DNA of 30,191 nt, taken from the IMG/VR virus record IMGVR_UViG_3300035670_000957, positions 1-30,191 of that record, one strand, 5' to 3'. The first letter of the stretch is position 1. The number at the start of each line of letters is the position of its first letter. The DNA is from a virus (taxonomy: Duplodnaviria; Caudoviricetes). Both the position numbers and the translations under genes were made by a program. This document shows, piece after piece, positions 24,759-30,191 of the stretch. The notes beneath the pieces are model-generated. The model made no database searches and was not told where the DNA came from. It saw nothing but the letters and a program-made list of their open reading frames with translations.

Positions 24759-25217
24759 TCAGACCTCCGCTGGGCTCACCACCTCAGCCGCGGCTGCCGT
24801 GGTCGAGCTCGTCGCGGTTGGCGCCAGCCGCGCGCCGTACCGGATTGCCAGGATCTCGCCGAACGCCATGTTCGCCGTCGCGCTGGTGCGCACGCCCTGC
24901 ACCCACCGCTCACGCGGCGCGCGCACATCGACGATCAGGACCTTGCCGTTGACGTCGTCGTTCACCGCGCACGTCACTGCGGCCGACGCGCCAGTCAACG
25001 CAGTCATGCCGGTGTCGCTGTCCGACGTGTTCTGCTCGACCTTCAGCGTCGCCACGCCGGTTGCCGCGCTGTCGGTGATGGTGGTGATGAACACGACGCC
25101 GTCCCAGCCCGACATGTCCAGCCGCGTGCTGTTGCTGTCCGTGCTGCTCGAGTTCGACACCGCGGCGCCGACGTAGTCGATCGCGACGTTCTCGTTGAGC
25201 TGTCCGATATGTGCCAT
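24759..25217 (-). CDS. Putative head decoration (cement-like) protein
   Basis: Immediately after the major capsid gene; LDMSGWDGVVF...KVEQ...RWVQ pattern. Confidence 0.6.
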   Translation of the reverse strand: MAHIGQLNENVAIDYVGAAVSNSSSTDSNSTRLDMSGWDGVVFITTITDSAATGVATLKVEQNTSDSDTGMTALTGASAAVTCAVNDDVNGKVLIVDVRAPRERWVQGVRTSATANMAFGEILAIRYGARLAPTATSSTTAAAAEVVSPAEV

Positions 25218-25230
25218 AGCTGTTTCCTCC

Positions 25231-26463
25231 TCAGGCCAGCTTCAGACGCTGGAACGCCTCGGCGAGCACTGGCTGGCCGTCGAGGTACGTGCGACCGATG
25301 TAGCCGATCTGGTCTGTGGCGCTGTACAGCTCAGCCAGAACCTGCAGCTCGTAGCGCCCCGTCTCGGCGATATAGTAGTACGAGAAGTCGCCGATGATCG
25401 CGACGTACTGCGCCGTGGTGAACGTGTTCGGCGCGTACTCGGACACCAGATACGGCACGTCGCAGATGGTCGGTGGCAGGCCCTGCGTGATGCCGCCGCC
25501 CGGTCCAAGCCCGGGGCTCCAAAGGTAGTTGCCGTTGCCGTCCTTCAACTTGCGGACGCGCGCGATGGTGTCGCGATGCATAACCCAGCGCGTCGACGGC
25601 CGCGACCAGTACGCCGCCTTCAACGCGTGCTTGGTGTCGAGGAGGTTGTCAGCGGTGAACGACGTGGCCGCGCTGGCCGTGGTGTCGCGGCTCGTCGGGA
25701 TGCCCTGCGCGCTGGCAGTGAACACACCGAGCGGCACGCCGGCAGCGCCCGAGCCGGTCATGAACGCCTTCTCTTCGGTGATGCCAAACTTGTAGGCCAG
25801 GCGCGCCTGCACCCATTGCTCGATGTTGATGCGGCTCTGGTTCACCAGTGTGCGGCTAATCTTGACCTGCTTCGACAGGCGCGACGGTCGCAGTGTGCGC
25901 AGGCCAGTCGCCATGCTGGTGTCGGTGGTGACGCTGGCGATCTCGGTGAGCCAGTCGGCGTCTGCCGGATCGGTGTCCCACGTGGGGGCGATGAGCTCAG
26001 TACCGACGTCCATCGGGATGACCGTGGCCAGCCGCCGCAAAAATACTTCGTCATCGATGAACTTGATAATGCCCTGCGCCAGCACTGCCGGAGCGACGAG
26101 ATACCCGCCCTGGGCATCGACACCGGCGCTGAGATCCTTGCGCTCGGCAGCAGACAACTGCCCGCCCTTGAACCAGTTGCGCAGCAGGCCAAGTTGTCGC
26201 TCTTCGGTCGCGCTGCGTGCCTCGACACCACCGACGCCCAGACGCGCCTGCGGCTGCGATGCCTCGGCGATGATGCCGGCTGCGCGCTCGCCGCGCTCGA
26301 GCCGCTTCGCCTCGGCGATCCGCTCGTCGAACCGCTCCATGATCGTGTCGTACTGCGCCGACTGCTCAGCGCTCATGCCGGTCGGCGATGCCTCGAGCAA
26401 TGCCCGTGCACGACCGTACAGCTCCGTGGCCTCGTTGTAGAGGCGCTGTGTATCCGCCGCCAT
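25231..26463 (-). CDS. Major capsid protein, HK97 fold
   Basis: N-terminal coiled-coil delta domain; GGYLVAP, EEKAFMTGSG..PLG, KLKDGNGNYLW and GDFSYY. Confidence 0.95.
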   Translation of the reverse strand: MAADTQRLYNEATELYGRARALLEASPTGMSAEQSAQYDTIMERFDERIAEAKRLERGERAAGIIAEASQPQARLGVGGVEARSATEERQLGLLRNWFKGGQLSAAERKDLSAGVDAQGGYLVAPAVLAQGIIKFIDDEVFLRRLATVIPMDVGTELIAPTWDTDPADADWLTEIASVTTDTSMATGLRTLRPSRLSKQVKISRTLVNQSRINIEQWVQARLAYKFGITEEKAFMTGSGAAGVPLGVFTASAQGIPTSRDTTASAATSFTADNLLDTKHALKAAYWSRPSTRWVMHRDTIARVRKLKDGNGNYLWSPGLGPGGGITQGLPPTICDVPYLVSEYAPNTFTTAQYVAIIGDFSYYYIAETGRYELQVLAELYSATDQIGYIGRTYLDGQPVLAEAFQRLKLA

Positions 26464-26467
26464 AGTT

Positions 26468-27997
26468 TTATGATCCTCCCTTGTGCAGCAGCGCCAGCGC
26501 GGCTGCTGCAGCGCGCAGTTGCCGTGACCGATCGACCGGGACAGCGAGTGCTACTCGAGCGGCGCGCTCCTCGTCGGGATCAGGCTGAGCTATCAGGCGC
26601 ACGCTGGTCGCGCCCAATTCCACCGCCGCCTCGGCGATGCTGTTGATCAGTTGTGTGTCGCGCGTGCTGTGCCGCGCGCCGGCCCTCATCGCCGCCTTCA
26701 GCGCTGCAAGCAGCGTCGCGATCGGCAGCCGGCCATGAGCCTTCGCCGCGACGGTGGCGCTGTTCGCGCCGAACAGAACGTCGCTGGTCTCGTACAACTT
26801 CAGCTCGCGCAGGTTGCGGATGACGCCGATCGGCGATGCCGCATCCTCGGCGAAGTCATACCGGATCGCATCGAAGGCGAAGCTCATCTCCAGCGGCACG
26901 CCGCCGCGGATCGCCGCCAGCACCTCGTTGCCGCGCGGCGTGTCGAGGTAGGTCCGCGTGACCTCGGCGCCGCCCGTGGCCGTCGGCGCGCGCAGCAGGA
27001 CCTCCGCCGGCAGCGCCTGGCGCGGTACCTCGCGGATCGACTCGATCATCGCGATCGGCGGCGCGTCCATGTCATGCTGCCAGAGGTGCAGGATGCGCGT
27101 GCCGCGCTCCCGCAAGGTCTTCTCCATCGCGCCGTTGTGAATGACGTCGGCGTAGCTGTCCATGTTCCCGAACACCGAGAACACGCCAGTCACCGTGCGA
27201 TCACTGACGCCGCTGGGCGCGATCACCACCGCCTTGCGCTCGTGGCGTGGCGCCGCTGCTCGTTCTTCTTCGCTTGCCACCTGCTCCTCCGCCCAGCGCT
27301 GTGCGCGCTCTGACTGCCGCCGCGTGCCGCCGCCCCACAGCGCGTGGGCCACGACGCCCGGCGACGGGTAGTCATCGTGGCTGGGGTTTGCCGCCGGCGC
27401 GTCGAGGTCCGTCATGTGCCGCGCGAACCACGCGGCCATGCGCGTGGCCTTGTCCTCGCTCACAAAGCCGCCGGCCATGGCCCGCGCTTCGCGCACGGTC
27501 TGCGCTGTCACGCCGTCGCCCGCCAGGCCCTCGCTGTACCACTCGAGCCCGCGCGCCGCGTTGCCGCGCAGCCAGTTCGGTGCGTCGTATTTTGTCTCGC
27601 GCATCGCTGGCAGCGTTTTTGCGCGGTCGCTGCTGTCGTCGTCTTCTTCGTCGTCCAGCATCTGCGCCACGTAGCCGTCAATGATCTCGCGCGCTTCGTT
27701 GACCACATCCTCGCTGAGGTCGGCGGTCTGCGGCAGTCGAGACGCCGCAGCGCGCAGGCCGCTGCTCAGTACCTGCAGCTCGCCGTCGATCACGTCGGCA
27801 ATGCCGAGTTTGTAGCTGCCGCGCAGCTCCGGACGCTCGTCGTCGTACACGAGGAACGCCTGCCGCGCCAGCTCGACGTCCGGCTCGTCGCTGTCGAACA
27901 TGGCGAGCTCGAACACGCGCGCAGCCGCGCCCGGACCGTCCCACGGCAGATCATCGTTGAGTGGCAGATCGCGCGACGCGCCGATTACCCAAGCCAT
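26468..27997 (-). CDS. HK97-type prohead protease with two extra N-terminal domains
   Basis: C-terminal half has GVFSVFGNMDSYADVI, LWQHD, MSFAF and ELKLYETS. Confidence 0.85.
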   Translation of the reverse strand: MAWVIGASRDLPLNDDLPWDGPGAAARVFELAMFDSDEPDVELARQAFLVYDDERPELRGSYKLGIADVIDGELQVLSSGLRAAASRLPQTADLSEDVVNEAREIIDGYVAQMLDDEEDDDSSDRAKTLPAMRETKYDAPNWLRGNAARGLEWYSEGLAGDGVTAQTVREARAMAGGFVSEDKATRMAAWFARHMTDLDAPAANPSHDDYPSPGVVAHALWGGGTRRQSERAQRWAEEQVASEEERAAAPRHERKAVVIAPSGVSDRTVTGVFSVFGNMDSYADVIHNGAMEKTLRERGTRILHLWQHDMDAPPIAMIESIREVPRQALPAEVLLRAPTATGGAEVTRTYLDTPRGNEVLAAIRGGVPLEMSFAFDAIRYDFAEDAASPIGVIRNLRELKLYETSDVLFGANSATVAAKAHGRLPIATLLAALKAAMRAGARHSTRDTQLINSIAEAAVELGATSVRLIAQPDPDEERAARVALAVPVDRSRQLRAAAAALALLHKGGS

Positions 27998-28018
27998 GCC
28001 GTTCCCTCCGTCGTGGTC

Positions 28019-28027
28019 AGTATAGCA
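28019..28027 (-). promoter_or_regulatory. Possible extended -10 upstream of the protease/capsid genes
   Basis: TGcTATACT in the short intergenic gap. Confidence 0.4.
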
Positions 28028-28657
28028 TCAGTCACTCAGCACTGGCGACAAAGCACATCGACAGTTGGGATGCGCCGGCACTTCTCGCCCGCCTTCGAAC
28101 GGCGCGCCGAGCACGACGATCTGCCCGTTGAGTCCCTGGCAGATGGCGCAGGCGTTGGTTTCCGCGACCCACTGCATCCGATCGACCTCGCCGCTCTCCT
28201 GCCACGCCAGTACCTGGCCTCGGCTGTAGGCGTACGCCGACTCCGTCACCGCGATCATGAACGAACGGTACGCGCTGTCGAACGGCCGCAGCTCGACGCC
28301 GTCAGCCGTCGTCTCGACGACACCGCGCAGCAACTCCGCGGCCTGCTGGTAGCTCAGCCCCTCGGCGTCGACACGCGCCAGCACGGCGCGCACTTCTTCG
28401 CGTGTGACGTCGGCCACGCGGCGCACCTTCTGCGCCAGCCCGGCGATCGTCTCCTGCACCCGCGGGTTGCGCAGGTCAAACGCCAGGCCGAGCTGCACCT
28501 GGCCGCCGGCTCGCTCCCACGCGCGCTCGAGCAGCAGCGGGTAGAACTGCCGCATGATCTCGGCGATCTCGGTGCCGTCGTCGAGCTGCCCCACCACCAG
28601 CTCCGACTGCGCTGGCGTCAGGCCGCCGGTGAACGGATTGAACGGCGCATCGGTCAT
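28028..28657 (-). CDS. Head morphogenesis protein (Mu gpF / SPP1 gp7-like)
   Basis: IAVTES, CAIC and C-terminal PAHPNCRC. Confidence 0.88.
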   Translation of the reverse strand: MTDAPFNPFTGGLTPAQSELVVGQLDDGTEIAEIMRQFYPLLLERAWERAGGQVQLGLAFDLRNPRVQETIAGLAQKVRRVADVTREEVRAVLARVDAEGLSYQQAAELLRGVVETTADGVELRPFDSAYRSFMIAVTESAYAYSRGQVLAWQESGEVDRMQWVAETNACAICQGLNGQIVVLGAPFEGGREVPAHPNCRCALSPVLSD

Positions 28658-30138
28658 TGCACGTTCCTCGCCCGCTCGGCGTCGATCTCGCGCTGCGCCA
28701 CGCGCTCGAGCTCAACCGCCGCCGTTCGATATTGCCCGTCGACATAGCGGCGCAGTCGCCGGAACATCGACTCGGCCACGTCGTCGATCGGTGGCGCCAC
28801 GTACGCGGCGATCGGATGCGGCGCCCTGGGCGCGGCCCGCGTCTCGACTGGCGCGTCGGCTGCCGTCGGTGGCGCGTCGGTCGTCGGCGTCAGCGTCGGC
28901 ATGCCGATGACCGGGCTGTGCTGCGCGTCGAGCAGCTGCATCGAGGTCGGCAGCGCGTACACGTCGCCCGCGTCGTCGATCGGCAACATCAGCGCGTGAC
29001 GCGCTTCGTTGCGTGTGATGATGCCCGCCGACCAGGCGTTGATCGTCCGCGTCACACGCGCTGCCTGGTCTTCCTGCAGCGCCGCGACGTGCGACAGATC
29101 GTAGCGGACCACGACGCCGAACGGATCGCCGAGCGACGCTTGGATCTCGCCCTCCCACATGCGCCACAGCGGGATCAGCGTCTGCTGCGTGTAGCTGACG
29201 CGCGCTTCGGCGTAGTTGCTGTAGGTTGAGCGATCGAGACCGATGCCCAGGCCCGCCACGATCGCCGGCACGCGGAACGCCGCGGCGATGTGCGCCTCGG
29301 GCACGCGCATCAGCGCATCGAACGCGAGCTCCGCCATCGACAACCCGACGCGCTGCAGCGTGACGCCCTCCTCGAGCACGGCCACGCCGCCGCGCTGGTC
29401 GCCACCGTAGCGCTCAGACCACTGGGCCCGCATGCGGTTCACCGCCGTGTCGTCGAGCATCAGGCCCGCCGGCGTCTGCAACACCACGCGCGGCATCGCG
29501 TCGTTTTTCAAAAGCGCCCGGACGTAGCGCATCGCTTCGTTGGTCGCGTCGACCTCGGCGGCCACGGCCACGATCGGCGACAGCGCGACCCACGGCTGCT
29601 CGAGATCGACACTCGGCCAGCGAATCTGGATGACGTCCTCGACCGGTACCGGCTGCTCGGTCCCGTCGGCGTTCACGTAGTCGTACCGCGAGATCCACAT
29701 CCTGGCGCTGGCGTCCGTCGACGGCACCGGCACCATCTGGCCCGCGTGGTACGGCCACAGCTCTACCGGCACGCCGCGTCGGTCGCGGACCACGTGGATG
29801 TAGGCGTTGCCGCCGACGGCCGCATAGACGGCGACGAGCGTCCAAAACTCGCGCTGCGAGTGCATCGGGTTCGGTCGCGACAGCAGCCGCGCCAATGGCG
29901 ATGCGCCCATCTCCTCGCCCTGCGCGTTGTAGCAGCGCAGCACCGGCTCGACGAGATCGAAGGCCAGCGTGGAGACGCAGGCGTACACCGCCGCGTTGCG
30001 GCGGTAGCCGTCGCGGGACAGCGCGCGCCACGTCGGATCGAGCACAGTGGTGTCGACCCAGCGCGGCACGATGGCGAGCCCGCCCGCCTTGAGGAACATC
30101 CGCGCCAGCCCGTAGCGCAGCCGCGTCGACCAGCTCAT
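28654..30138 (-). CDS. Portal protein (HK97-like)
   Basis: RPNPMHS, GGNAYI, IAAAFRVP, STYSNYAE and ITRNEAR; ATG 30138 after GGAGG. Confidence 0.93.
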   Translation of the reverse strand: MSWSTRLRYGLARMFLKAGGLAIVPRWVDTTVLDPTWRALSRDGYRRNAAVYACVSTLAFDLVEPVLRCYNAQGEEMGASPLARLLSRPNPMHSQREFWTLVAVYAAVGGNAYIHVVRDRRGVPVELWPYHAGQMVPVPSTDASARMWISRYDYVNADGTEQPVPVEDVIQIRWPSVDLEQPWVALSPIVAVAAEVDATNEAMRYVRALLKNDAMPRVVLQTPAGLMLDDTAVNRMRAQWSERYGGDQRGGVAVLEEGVTLQRVGLSMAELAFDALMRVPEAHIAAAFRVPAIVAGLGIGLDRSTYSNYAEARVSYTQQTLIPLWRMWEGEIQASLGDPFGVVVRYDLSHVAALQEDQAARVTRTINAWSAGIITRNEARHALMLPIDDAGDVYALPTSMQLLDAQHSPVIGMPTLTPTTDAPPTAADAPVETRAAPRAPHPIAAYVAPPIDDVAESMFRRLRRYVDGQYRTAAVELERVAQREIDAERARNVQ

Positions 30139-30191
30139 ACACCGCCCTCCCACTCGATCGCGATCTGCCGCAGGACGTCAGGCACGTCGCG
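30135..30191 (-). CDS. 3' end of the gene upstream of portal (partial)
   Basis: Open frame RDVPDVLRQIAIEWEGGV* with an ATGA overlap on the portal start; identity unknown. Confidence 0.45.
   Translation of the reverse strand, partial: RDVPDVLRQIAIEWEGGV

Noticed and set aside
25195-28747. Long + strand ORFs opposite the capsid and protease genes
   Set aside because: Shadow frames with no motifs; the minus-strand genes are clearly the real ones.
30135-30191. Calling the right-edge fragment the TerL C-terminus
   Set aside because: 18 residues with no nuclease motif; it could belong to a small intervening gene.

Overview
This window looks like most of a small, high-GC tailed (siphovirus-like, HK97-fold) phage genome. 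The terminase large subunit runs off the left edge and the portal gene sits at the right edge, which fits a circularly permuted genome with a short piece missing. The minus strand carries an RHH regulator, a primase-helicase replication gene with internal iteron-like repeats, a DNA methyltransferase, a lysis cassette and the terminase (1-5846), and then the head and tail module (14052-30138). The plus strand (6008-14048) carries an SSB-like gene, a DnaN-like sliding clamp, HTH genes, an SLT-like gene, a DUF1599-like gene, a VRR-NUC nuclease and a Zn-finger/HTH gene. The most unusual feature is 9567-11689. A near-consensus sigma70 promoter is followed by five small unrelated ORFs, each separated by a near-identical ~70-bp element (stop codon + GAC tract + GC hairpin + RBS + ATG). 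The array ends in a perfect 36-bp palindrome and has no visible integrase. No integrase, CI-type repressor, tRNA or CRISPR array was seen. All protein calls come from reading motifs by eye; no database search was run.
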